Shown: positions 42,701 to 55,622 of the stretch, in pieces
Position numbering within the stretch: position 1 is the stretch's first letter
Layout: each line of letters begins with the position of its first letter
Assembly: GCA_964035545.1 (NCBI GenBank)
Contig: OZ037765.1
Span: forward strand, 18,476,995 to 18,540,994
DNA from: Bugula neritina
Lineage: Eukaryota > Animalia > Bryozoa
Length of the DNA: 64,000 nt
Reading direction: 5' to 3'
Translations under genes and position numbers: made by a program
Notes under the pieces: generated by a model
What the model saw: the letters and a program-made list of their open reading frames with translations, nothing else
Database searches by the model: none
Told to the model about the DNA's origin: nothing

Positions 42701-45700
42701 AGAAGACGATGTATTCACTCTAGAAAAGCATTTGGGTGAGCTCGGAGTTGGAATTTATCTTTACTCTTTACAACACTTTCTCCCCAGGTCATGCATGGCT
42801 GTATTTCTAGTTCTATCTGCTAAGTATGTTGTGAATATTATGTGCAGAAAACTATGTTAGGTGACGCATTTTCGTGCCTTTATCACTTGTATGACTTATA
42901 TTTCTCGTCCCATATAATTTGCTCTGTGAACTCTGTATCTGGGCATATCATCAGGCCAGGTGTTACCCCAATCAAATTCTTTTGAACTAGTCTAAGTTGG
43001 CTATCAATAAATTCTTGGCTGTTATAGAGGATGGAGAGGTGGAGCTAAGTAATGAAGTGCTTCACCGTATCTTGATTAATAGAATTGACAATATTTGGCC
43101 ACAACCATCTGCCGATAATGTAAGGAATGTATTTCTTGAAAAAATTGTCATGATTTTTTTAAATGAGTAGGTTATAATTTTTGTGATGTTATTGATAAGT
43201 TCAACAGGTGTCAATCCTCAACATGTTGACATATTTCAGGTACTTATTGTGGAAAAAGTCTCTCCTATTAGAAGAGCTGAGCTGATAGAGCATTGGTCTG
43301 TGGGGGAAACAGATTACGAAAAGTATGCACTCGTAGCTTAATGTATTTTGTTAATCTACATGTACCACTGAAGCTCACTATGTTTGTATTTTATAAGAGA
43401 TCTTAGGGAAGTAAGAGTAGTGGGTGCTAATGGTATCTATGTTGATGCACAACTGCTGGTTACTTGGAGCATTTCTCTGTGACCATGTTGATTTAAATGC
43501 ATTTTGCATGATCATACATGTTGTCTGCTGGTGTTTTAACTGAGCATTGTACTAGCTCTAATTACTCATTATACAACCTTCCACACTTGCAAATGACTTC
43601 AATCTTACTAGTCTTCTAATAAGCTCTGTTTCAATCTCATGCCCAGTCGTTCTAATTACATAGTTTTTAATCGGTGGAATAGAATGTTTTTAGTTATATA
43701 TTGTTTTCAGGCTTGTAACTATTGCCTGTTGGGACTACTACAATTCTCCTCAGCTATACCTCAATGAAAGCAGTTTTAGGATAACCAATGATGTTAATCT
43801 TTTAGAAACTGTAGTAGTGTGCTTCATGAAGTGTATCGTTTCTATTAGTCTGTGTGATTTAGGCTATGTAACTAAGTGGTTTAATTATTGATTCAACTAC
43901 TAGCTAATTATGAATTGGTTTCTTATCAAGATAAGTAAATTTTTTTCAAAGAATTTTGAAAATGTAAGCAAAGGTTCCGAGAATTGTGTTTTAATTTTTT
44001 AGTAAATAGTTGCTTTAAAACAGTATTTTTATGACTACTTGAAATGACTGCTGGTATGCATGTATAACTGTAACTGACTAAAGTAATAACCAACACTAAA
44101 GCCATGCCTAATAGCCTGTTTTTATTCATAAAAACAAGCATTTTAAAAATATATGGTCTGCAAAACTTGTAAAAACTTATTTAAAAGTATAAATATTTCT
44201 GTCTAAAAATTGACAAAGCCATAGCTACCCCTCAAGTAGTAAACTTGTTTCATTCCTGTGTGAAGATAACATGTTTTTAAATTCTTCAAAATCTATGCTC
44301 CACAATTGCTCATTGAAACATATATTTGTATTTTTGGAGTTACAATGTGCTTAGTTGATTGAGTTATTATTTCTGCTTTAGATCTTTAGAAAGTTATAGA
44401 GGATTCACAAATGTGATAGATCATGTCATAAAGAAACAGAAGGTGAAATTAATATGTTTAAATGATATTACATATGTTACCTGGTTCAGAATTATTTTAT
44501 AATTGACTGGCTCAGTTTCAAATAATTGTTTCTTTAAAAATTAATTTTGGTTGCAGGTGATGGTTGGCCACAACCTATATTTAGATTTGATGCTCATCTA
44601 TGATAAATTTATAGATTATTTACCAAAGTCTTATCAGGAATACAAAGAACGTCTGCACAGCTGTTTCCCTCATATATATGATACCAAGTATATGGCTTTA
44701 CAGCTAAGAAAGGTAGCTTGTAGTCTCCCAGTTATATAATAGTTCTCTCCAATATATCTGTGGTACTTTTTTGTAGTAGTCAATTGTTATTATCCTGCTA
44801 GATGGTCACTAAACGCAGAACTCATTTGTGGCTTTGCTATAAAAATTTAAATCAGCTAAAGTTTTTTTTAAAAGTTTTTCACAAGTAATTTCATCTAAAA
44901 TTTTGATTGTCTAATGCTAGTGGTGGTTATGGGATCGTGAAAATAACTGTTAATATCTAATGATTAGAAACATAAAAGTGACGTTCAAATAAAACACTCT
45001 TTAAAAATTATCAAATTCACATTATAAGATTATAATTTCATATTCAGCTACTCTACACACATTGTGTTATTGCTCAGGTCTTCTGGTTGTCACAGAACCT
45101 GGTACAGTAGGCTGTTAGCATGGTGCAGCTGACTGGTTTGTAACACAGTTTTCTATTCGTTGTACAGGAGTTTGCTGACACAGTCCACTCATATGATGCA
45201 ACTAGTTTATCTGAGTTGCATGCTGCTATGGCAGATCCCAAGTGCACTACAGCCTTACTCTTCCCTCCAACTGTAGCCATGGCTGTTTCACATAGTGAGT
45301 TTCTCATCTTTATAGAAAGTTTCCATTATACTTCTTCTAAACCTATGCTCTCCTTTTTTGCTATTTGCTGCAAGTCATTAAACCTACTCGTATAATACAA
45401 AAGAAAATTCATTTGATGTAACAAATTTTTTGAACTTAAATTTTCACATAGACTGTTAAAAGAATAGTACTACAGATTATAAGGTTTTTTTTGCATTTAC
45501 CTTGTAATCATTGTCTGTATATGGCTGTGTTATTTGAGACCAGCTTGTTCCTGTTGTGTTTAGCGAAAGATGATGAATGCGGACAGTCAACTGAGATTGA
45601 AACAGACACTCTGGGAAATATTCATGAAGCTGGTTATGACTCATACATGTGTGGACTCGGTATGAAATATTTTGAGTAAATTATGTATACTTGTTGTGTC

Positions 45701-48700
45701 ACTCCCAATATTACAATTGTCCTCGTTAATTACCCTTTATCTTAAATTTTAGTTTTATGTTGTTGCCATGAAGTTGCCTTTTTCAGGCACACAGTATGTG
45801 GAATATAGTTTATCTGCAACAAGTTTTTGAAACCTTGAGCCAACTGCTGCCAAGCTGAGTGCATATTCGCTACACGCCGGACCACTATGAGTAATGGAGG
45901 CTGTTTTTGTTGTTGGTCTAGTAGTGATTAATATGTTAGCTCTTTTTAATAAACATTGCTTTTAAACCAGTAGCATAACATTTCAAACTTAAATTTTACA
46001 ATTTATAATTCATTTGGTCTAGTGTTTAGTTCTAGCTAAGTCAACATTGAAACTTCAAATCTACATGTAAATAGATTAATTTTTGTTATTGTCATTTGCA
46101 TTATTAATTCGTTTATCAAAATATATTAATAATACAATTCTAATATGTAGTGTGTTGTTTTCTTTAACTAGTATCTACTAATCATATAATATATTGTAGT
46201 GTTTCTTCGATTGGCACATCTAGTTACCATCAATAAGCTGGAGTAAGTACAATCTCTATCTCTAGATGACGAGAAATAAATGCAGTAACCTGAAGTTGTA
46301 GCTGAATGCATACATGTCCTTTCTCTTCTGAGTATATTGTGTTGTTGCGTCATTACAGGCCTGCGTTATCTGCACACCCTATTTCATTCTATGACTATGA
46401 GCATCACATTGCCCCATTCAAGAACCATGTTAACCTTATTAGAGCCACTCTACATAATATTGTAAGTCTACAGCATATAAGTAATACATGAAATGTTATA
46501 TTTTGTCAGGGTTGGGGTAACTGTAATTTGTAATGGTAATTAGTTGTAATTAATTACATTTTTTCAAGCAATTGAATGTAATTTGTAATTGATATATAAA
46601 ATAGTAATTGTAACTAATTACACAGCTAATGTAATTGATTTTTACAATTACTTTATAATTAAATGTCAATTACTTCATAATTTTAAATCTTATAAAATTT
46701 ATACTCTTCCTGGCATGCCTACTGTTTAATAAAAAGCCCAGATTAATTCAATATAGTAGTCTATCACCTTATTCATTACTATTGAGAACAAAGAAGGTTC
46801 GCTGCTGTCAAAATGGCCTGGGTAGTTGGACCCCAGGAGTCAGGTTATATAATTTCTGTTTTTCCCTTGTGAGAACAAAATTAATTGTAAATGTAATTAA
46901 TTACATTACCATATAATTGTAATTAATTGCATTCATATGCAATTGACCCCAACAATAAGAGAGTTCTTATGCTTTACAGTGTTTGGATGGAGCAGATCCT
47001 GAGCGTAATCGCACTGACAGGCTGTTCATTAAGGCAAAGAAATCTGCTCTGCTCAGGCCGGAAGAGGTCAGGTTTACTGTATACTCACACTCAGGTTTAC
47101 TGTATACTCACACTCGGGTTTACTGTATACTCACACTCAGGTTTACTGTATACTCACACTCAGGTTTACTGTATACTCACACTCAGGTTTACTGTATACT
47201 CACACTCAGGTTTACTGTATACTCACACTCAGGTTTACTGTATACTCACGTACTGTAGTGTTGAGATTTCTCAGTAGCCCCTGTGGTGTAATGGTTAGCA
47301 CGCTAGCTTGCAAGCTGAAGGTCGTTTGAATTTCAGTGGGGGCAGATACTTTTATGCTTGCACTCAGGTCTATAAACTGACATCACAAACTCTCCTTCTA
47401 TGTACATAATTATAGATTCTTTAATTTCTTCACTCAATCTCAGTAGACTAAGACATTTGATTTTTAACTATTAGTCATTTGAAAGTCATTAACTCCAATT
47501 TGTCATCAAAATACACAGCAAAGCTAAAATTTACAGAGGTCTTTACTTTGTCAATTTTAAACCTTGAGAACAGTTAAAGAGAGCTATATTTAGTTTCTAA
47601 AGTTTAGCTTGTTTTTCTAAGACCTGCTCGAATATTTGCATCTAAATTATAACCCATGTGGCCATCATATATACTGCAGCTGCATACATACTACATGATT
47701 GATTCACCTGAAACAGTCTTTACTGCAATGGGTTATCTTAAAACATTGAAACATGACATTATAATAACCAGTAGCTGCCAATAAACTGTAATAGTTTATT
47801 CAGCTGTATTTATTCATCAACAGATATGTAATATAAATATAGTGTGTTGCACACACTTTCATATTATATAGAGATCAGTAAATTGCAATACAACTATTTA
47901 TAGCATTTGTAACACATGGGTGACTATCTCAATAACATATAGTTGTTTTCATTCAAATGATCTCACCTCTGCAAGCAGTTTGATCATGATAACACTCATT
48001 GTAGAATACAATAAAACTGTTCAAACCACAAACTGTGTAATTTACTCAAATATAATTCTTTTGTACAAATATTTTGAGAAAGATGATTATATTTTGATTA
48101 AAATTAAACCTATTAGGCATGTGAAGAATCAAATATGGAATATATAATTTTCATCCTTTAGCTCACCAGGTAATAGATGCATAGATACAATTTCAAAATT
48201 CTATTATGGTGAATAGAGACTTTGTACATTGTTTTTATGCTGGTAACAATACAGTAAGCATGATATATGAATCACTTTTTCTGACTAAATCAATATGTTT
48301 CTTAGCTTCTATAACCTTCAAGTCACACTATATATATGTATGTATTGTACCGCAGAATGATTAAAAGAATATATTGGATGTGATCTTCAAGTAAAAAAGG
48401 GAAAAATCACATATTTTTTATGCTCTCTCAGCTGTGTGTTACACATACACCCACTGCTACTTGTACTTTTAGGTGTCATTTCTTCTTTCTTCTTATGGTG
48501 CTGTAGACATTAGCAAAATCTCTCAAAACAAAGCTGTTGTTATTGTCTCTAATCAAATTTGGTGAGTTACACTTTTCAGCTGTAGGAATATAGTAGAGAT
48601 AACAGGTGTTATGCGTATACTCACCGTATAGTGCTTTAGCTCCAAGGCTAGTCTCATGTCACTTATTTTGTATAACCATTTAAGCTAACAAGAGTAATTA

Positions 48701-50258
48701 TCATGAAAGATGTAAAGTGTGGATATTTAGAGGTTATATAGAGAATTGAAATTTAAATCATGATAAACAAGTCTAATTTTAACAGTTCCTATATAGTTGT
48801 AGTAAGGTATTATTTCAGCAAGCATTGTTGAAACTATATAAACTAATGAACGTATGTATTGCTAATGATGTGAAGTGTGGATATTTAGGTGTTATGTAGA
48901 GAATGGAAATTTAAATGGTGATAACCAGTTGCTGCAAAATGTGTTGTTTTTTTATTGAAATTTAGTGCTAGAAGAATATTAGAAGCTTTCCAATCTCACG
49001 ACAAATATGCCGTGGTCAGATATAATCCTTGGAGACACTCCATACTTGCTAACAGAATTCTATGGTAATATCTTACGGCTGTAGTGAGTGTATGACATAA
49101 CTTGTAGGAGGCAACTGTAACAATACAAGGGCACACAATTACTGAGCTTGCTTTTGAAAATTTTTGCTTCTTTCAATGCATTTTCTTGTGAAACTTTTAG
49201 ATGGGTTAAATAATTTTAAATTTTATTATATTGCATGATATTATGATAAAATATAGCATGGCATAATATAATATATTATTCTAATATAACCAACTCATTA
49301 ACTGTGATTATTGATAAAAACCCAACTCTTGTGAACAAAATTGAATGCACTGCAGAAATATTTGGAGTTATGTCCACTAAGTAATGGCTAGCAAAGTATA
49401 TGTTATATAACATATTATAGGTGGGTACTATGGGGACTTTAGTATTGTAGGAACTAGGAAATACTGTGCTCTAAGTGTTTTTCTAACACCAGTTAGTAAT
49501 TTATTCATATATGTAAGTTCTCCAGGAAATTATTTAAGGTGCTTTTCATTTTTCATTTTGCCTTAGGGAACACAACCTACTTCTTTGTAAATTGCTGCGT
49601 CCAGCATATAAAAGTTATGCAAGTCATCACATTAACTAATACATGTATACAACCTTTAGATTGTGCTATTATATATGTTGCTAATCAGGCTCTACACCTT
49701 GGATAATAAGTCACCAAAATCTACTGTTTTGTGCAATAACAAAATTAAATAGTTCATAATAAGTAGGATAACTTTGGTGCTGGATTATGTTTCCTGCCAT
49801 TTTTTCATAAACTGATTATTTTATCAACTGCTATTCATTTAATTGGTTTTTAACCATTAGATGATGATGCTTGTTTTTACAGTACACTACCAATTCGTGG
49901 CATATACACTATCTTTTACTAGCTAGCAACATTGTGGACCATTGAAAGCAATAGTACCAATCAAACTTTGTAGTAATATTAGGTAACTGTATTATATTTT
50001 TCTATTACTTTTTTTGATGATGGAAGCAAGCTTACTTCAAGTTTTATATGCTAATTATTACTAATGGCAACCAATTTTAGCTCATTTGAGTTCTTGTTGC
50101 ATGCTATCACCTGTTACCTTAGCCTTTACTGCAAAGTTACAGCCCAGCTGCTATTATTTATAAGTTATGTATGTATTTGCAGGACTGGTGCAATATTATC
50201 TGCAGGGATATGTACACTGGCGTTAATAAGAAATGTAAAAAAACAGCTACTTTCTTGA
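39775..50258 (+). CDS. PNLDC1: PARN-like DEDDh 3'-5' exoribonuclease with C-terminal transmembrane helix (PNLDC1/Trimmer-like), about 19 exons
   Basis: Exons encode MARVNVTKKNF...AAFI/SIDSEFTGL, SLFDSAEQRYLK, YNFYLFP, ASSVQFLTQYKFDFNK/MMYEGISFLN, VMVGHNLYLDL...FPHIYDTK and HEAGYDSYMCG, then an RRM-like segment. It ends RILW/TGAILSAGICTLALIRNVKKQLLS*. This hydrophobic tail is characteristic of PNLDC1 rather than PARN. Confidence 0.88.
40021..40184. mobile_element. MITE-like element, family A, copy 3 (opposite orientation, in a PNLDC1 intron)
   Basis: Reverse complement of the copies at 7650 and 33959. Confidence 0.75.
46507..46953. mobile_element. Non-autonomous DNA transposon with GTAATT-rich subterminal repeats
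   Basis: Ends gttggggtaactg ... caattgaccccaac are inverted. Many gtaatt/aattac motifs near both ends. Confidence 0.65.
47068..47249 (+). repeat. Minisatellite, 8 x 23 bp (tcaggtttactgtatactcacac)
   Basis: Units start at 47068, 47091, 47114, 47137, 47160, 47183, 47206 and 47229; one A>G variant. Confidence 0.97.
47277..47400 (+). mobile_element. tRNA-derived SINE remnant
   Basis: gcccctgtggtgtaatggttagcacg gives an A box and D arm; the B box is degenerate and the T arm broken. Other decayed tRNA-like heads occur at ~42085-42145 (-), ~52498-52560 (-) and ~63950-64000 (-). Confidence 0.6.
48709..48930 (+). repeat. Diverged direct duplication of about 63 bp in a PNLDC1 intron
   Basis: gatgtaaagtgtggatatttagaggttatatagagaattgaaatttaaat at ~48709 vs gatgtgaagtgtggatatttaggtgttatgtagagaatggaaatttaaat at ~48867. 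Confidence 0.8.
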
Positions 50259-51024
50259 CTGATGGCCACACTTGCATATGGATGGATTTACACGTACTTT
50301 GAATTTTTTTAGACATTGGTGTAGAATTTTGTTTACATTTAGGTGTCAGTAATTGAAATATTTTACAAGTTTTATACAACACTACATCTGCGGCAAAGTG
50401 AAATAAAACCATCAACATATAATGTTTAAACATATTTGTCTTGATTTTATTGGATTCCAATAATCAAATCAAATAGAATGAATAGCGTGAGCTGGGTATC
50501 TAAGTGTAATCAGCGTTTGTATTATTGCTCACTCAAGAATAAAGATAGCTTTTCAATTTTTGTATTCCAGTAAGTAGTTTAATGTTTTCAACATAACATA
50601 GCTCCGTTCATGCCACTGTGGCATTCTTTAGTTTTATATTATTTGACATCACTTATTCATCTTTTTCAAGTGGCAGTAGTATTAGTTTGCAATTTGCATT
50701 TTGTGAGTGCTATATTGACAAAACTAATTCTTATGCCTACTCTAATAATAAACTTTGAAATTACGTTTATTGCGGACAATGCATAGTTAGATTATAAATG
50801 AATCTGAAAGGTTTTAAGCAAATATGTCCTGGTTTGCATTAGCAACTTATTCATATAATATATTATTGGAATCTGGCATAATTGTATAGTGCAGTGTGTT
50901 TTCAACTAACATTAAAACATGGATAATAAGTTGGATATGTTTTAAGTGAGACAATAGAGACTTTTTATTTGAAAAATTATAACTTTTAGTAATTACATGA
51001 TTGTGCTGGCACTGCTACTAGAAC

Positions 51025-54000
51025 ATGGGGGAAGACCGCTCTTGCATATGCTACCTGTTAGGCCTTTCTAGTGACGTCAATATTTCTGCATGGGATGAAT
51101 TTTCAAGTAAACCTGCACCTTTGCAAACTTTGGAGCCAAAAGTGCAATCAACTTTGAAACGACCACCAACAATACTGAAGGTCAAGAAAGTAGCTAAGGA
51201 TAATACAGAAGAATGCTTCTTCCAGCATAATCTAAATCATAGACAGCACATTCAGGATTATAGGAATTTAACTTGCTTTAAGATACTCACGAAGGAGAAA
51301 AGTGAATTATATCCAGTGCTATCTCAATATGACTCCTCCAATAGGCTACTGTAAGTATTCATCATTTAGTAACATGAAATAGTTCATATATATGCAAACT
51401 GAATATTTAGTTTAAACTTTAAACTCTACAGCTGTGGAGATTCTGGCTTTGATGAAATCAAACGAATGTGAACTTCAATTGTTTAGTTTTCTATTTTGTG
51501 AACATTTTATTAGTTTTAAGCAGAAAAATGTATTTATTAGTAGTTAAAATTGGATGAAATGGGCAAAAGCAGAAGATATTGAGTGTGCACTAAATGAATT
51601 TGATCAATTCTTCACAGTTAGTTTAAGGTCATTACTTTCCACATTCAGGCACTGCTTTATGTTATATATAAACGGTTTCCAGGGGATAGCTCGAACAGTT
51701 TTTGTCTCACATTAACAAATTTTACATGAAAAGATAGCTCTTGCATTCCTCTTTCATATACTTTTTTAATTTTTCAATAAAAAAATTTCTGAGAAAGTTG
51801 TTGCATAATAAGTAAAATTTTACACCCTCCATGTTCCACTGCTGTAGCACAGGGGATTCATTTTATAAAGTCTAAAAGTTAAACTTGACATTCCTTGATA
51901 TGTTTTCTCTAATATACTTTCTTTGTTTTTTGAAATTCTGTTTATGCTCTTCACAATTTGGTAAAAACATACACCATATTGCAAGTTTCACTGCAATTAT
52001 CTAAATTCTTCATATGGTGGTTCTAGCTACGCTCCTGTGACTAATTATAACATTCCTAGTACGTTTGCCGCTCTGCGCTATCACAATAACATATAGTACC
52101 CTCTCGCACAAATTGGCAATCTATTGGATTTCTGCCAATATAATGTTCCCTGTTTTACATTAGCACTTAGCTGAATCATCTCACTATGTTACAATAATAT
52201 ATTGAAAATGCCTCAGCACAACATAATTCTTTGTTTGTTTGGCAGAGTTAATTTCAGCTAAATCACTTCACTTTGCAGTCTTGTCAGTAAAGGTTTCTCT
52301 AATTCACATATGATTATTTTAAGTACATTGTATTCTATAAGATCATTTCAAGGTTTAGTCCAGTGTTCAGTATCTAATTATTATGCATGTATGTTGTCTT
52401 ACTGTTGAACAAAAGTTAAAAAAAAACTTTACAATTATAGCCATATTTATTATACATGCGTAGGATTTGCATAAGTTGACAAAAAAATTGCAACAAATCA
52501 GGGTTGAACCATGACCAACCAACTCGTCGCTGACGCCTCTGACCTCTGGACCACGCTGTGATCGTAATAGAGACGCGCATTATATGAGTAACTATGATTA
52601 CATAAATATTTCGCGCGCAAATGGGTTATAATTATTAGGCTGTCAATTCATGTTGATAGCAGTCAACTGTTGCAATAGTCTAATGGAATGCTAATGGTTT
52701 TGAACAAATAACCCAAAAGTTTAAAAATAAGTAGCTTGCGTATTACTAGCTACAAAAACAGGTCTGAAATAGACTGGTAAAGCAAGCTCTTATTGTAGAG
52801 TTTGCAGATGTGCTCTAAAATAAAACTTAAACTGTATGCTATTACATAAGTATTTGTATGCGAGAGATATAAATGGACATTACTGAGTTTCTGGAAAACA
52901 ACATACTTGAAGTTAACTTTGACAATGGTGTTTTCTTTTCATCATAGCTAGCCTATAGCATAAATCTCTAATCATATGAATCTTTATGAAGCCCACAGCT
53001 CATGTAAGGGTGGCAATGTAATTTGAAAAGAACAATTATGTTGCTGCATTGTGTCTAAGGTATATTAGAGAGCAGAATTTGGTTTTACTAGCCTACCCCA
53101 ACGGCATTCTACAATGCAGCTTATATGCTGGCAGTTTTAATAAGTACTGCCAATAGCAAGGTTACTATCACTGCTAGCTCCGTGCAGTATGTAACCTCTT
53201 GAATAATTGCGCCAATTTTAAACTCTTGGAAGTTGGCCAAGTTATCATATTGCAGCCAGCCACCGGAGACAAAGCATCAGAGCTATTCATATAATATTAT
53301 ACTGATGCACTTGGTAGCAGAGTGGCTAATCTAATATAGTTCATAGTTCAACACCCTTTACTTTGGGAATACAGCCTCTTTTTTTAGGTTTACCTTACAA
53401 AGCATGAACATATCTAAACTGATATTCTGATAATTTAGAGGTACATTTTGAAAACTAGGTTAATTGCACTTGTTTGCACAACAACAATAATAAAATAGAT
53501 ATTATGCAGTATAATAAAAACACACATAATACTATATAATATATTATAATGATAATAATATAATATTATAAGTACCATTACTGCATTTTATAAATCACAT
53601 GGTTGCCAAAAAAATGTATCACAAATTTTGTAATTATACATCAAAAATAGAACTAGCTAGGCAGCAGGTTAGAATAGAGTAAATTTTTAAAACATGAAAT
53701 CATGATTTGACTATTGTTTTATTTAGGCCAACCAACCTAGGAATACAAGATTGGGTTTTAGCTGACAGTTTATTATAACATTTAGCTTTTGAGCCAGCAG
53801 CACTGGCACTTGTGAAGTATAGGCAAAGTTAGTGAAGCGAGACTAACAAGCACTCAAATACAAGGCATATTGAGACACAATAACAAGTCAGGAGCGTATA
53901 AATTGATAAGAATGTGGAAGGGGGACTATGTTTTTCAACAAGCTATAACTTAAACATGAATTGGCTTTTGAAAGAAATAAAAAAGTATATTGGAGAACAT

Positions 54001-55523
54001 AAGTTTCTTTATCTTTTCATATTTTTTTTGTTCCTGTGACATTCAACCTGTTCGAGCTATCAGTGGAACATTGTTCATATAGAACATAAAGCACCTGGCA
54101 AAGAGCCAGAAAATGAAAAGTATGACCTTAAACTAACTGTGTTGTGGTTTTTATGCTATAGCCTATACACTATTACTATATCTCCAATAGATTATTTTTA
54201 TATAGCAAAGGATAAATACATCAGTTAAGCAAATATTTTCAGTTCTTCTCATTCAGCTCTACTCATTTTCACAATCCAAGTTTGGTGTATTTACAGAGAT
54301 CGGCAGTCCATGGCAAATACTATTTGTAAAGAAAACACATTTACAAGGTAATGAAAAAAGTCTTACTACAATTATATAGGAACTGATGAGATTTAACTTG
54401 CTTATCATTATCTCTATCCTCTATGTACCGCCTAAATATTCACACTTCATATTTTCAATGATTATTACTTTTGTTAGTTTATAAGGTTTCAACAATGCTT
54501 GCTGGACTAACGGTACTGGTTTTTACTCTCACTTTATGTTTACATTAGGGCTGTTGATGGTGAACAAGTGGCCTATCAGCATTAGCAAATCTTGTATACT
54601 ACTCATCATTGAATGCAATGACACAGTGTTACTAAATATAAGTTATCTATAATAATCTATAATAGTGTGAGAGTGCTTTGATTAGAATACGTCTGTTTAT
54701 TATGTATAATTGTAGTTTGAACAACTCATCTTCAAACGGTATTGATTTGAAACTTTCTGTGACTGTGAAAGATCCCAGGAGACAATTAACATACGAAGAC
54801 ATTAAAGGCTATATTGATGACAAATCTGAAGCTGATGAATGCATGAACAAACCAAGTCTGCTCAAACCAAAAAAGCCAGTCAATATCAATCTAACTGGAA
54901 AGTTTGTGCAGAGAACTGGTAGTGTAGCCAATAGCATATCCCGGTGTGTAGCAACGAATGCTAAAACTGAGCAGGCATCTAGTAGAAAACCCAAGGATGA
55001 CGCAAAGCTGCCTATTCCACTCAGACCAGCCCCTCTGGTTAGTTATAAGATGCCTTCTAGTTTGAAATGTAAAGTCACCATTGAGAGACTCCCAACACAA
55101 TCGGCCAAAAATGTCTACTTGTCTGCTAAAAGTTGCAATTTGGACACATCGAAATCAAGTAGACCCAATACCAACCTATCAAAGACAAGCCGTCACAGCT
55201 GTAAATCTGAATGCTCAATGCATAATGCTAAGTCAACTCAGCAAAGTTCACTCAACAGAAGGTCACTTGATAGTTTGACTTACACCTCTGGCTTTAATGG
55301 AGTCAGAATTCGGACTATAAAAAAAGAGTCGTCAACTTTAAGCAATACTCTAGATGATGATCGAAAAAAGCATTTGCAAGCTTTAGTGAAAATTCTTGGT
55401 GACCGAATGTTAAACCCTTGTTTGAACAACATAAATGTAGAGCCAAAGGCTATTGATTTCAGTGCAGGAATGGGAAAAGCAGAAGCTATTGACTACAATG
55501 TTATTTTTGGAAGCAGAATATAA
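51025..55523 (+). CDS. Uncharacterised Lys/Ser-rich protein. Exons ~51025(or 51062)-51350, 54297-54347, 54716-55523
   Basis: Three exons join in frame with canonical GT-AG sites (phase 2, phase 2). The last exon is an 808-nt open frame in AT-rich DNA. No recognisable domain; 5' end uncertain. Confidence 0.65.
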
Positions 55524-55622
55524 TCTGATATATTTATTTACAAAGAAAAACTGTACAGATTCAGTTCAATACACCGATGGCCACTATTTTCGAACTCATC
55601 ATTTTTTACACAGTCAAGTTGA

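Noticed and set aside
47068-47249. CRISPR-like array, and the ORFs 46927..47277 and 46983..47258
   Set aside because: The repeats are head-to-tail with no spacers, there are no cas genes and the context is a eukaryotic intron. The ORFs are a real exon read through into the repeat.
47277-47344. Functional tRNA gene
   Set aside because: T arm and B box are disrupted; better explained as a SINE head.
50478-50569. ATG-initiated first exon for the unknown + gene
   Set aside because: It ends in phase 2 while the 51062 acceptor needs phase 1. Joining them gives an immediate stop.
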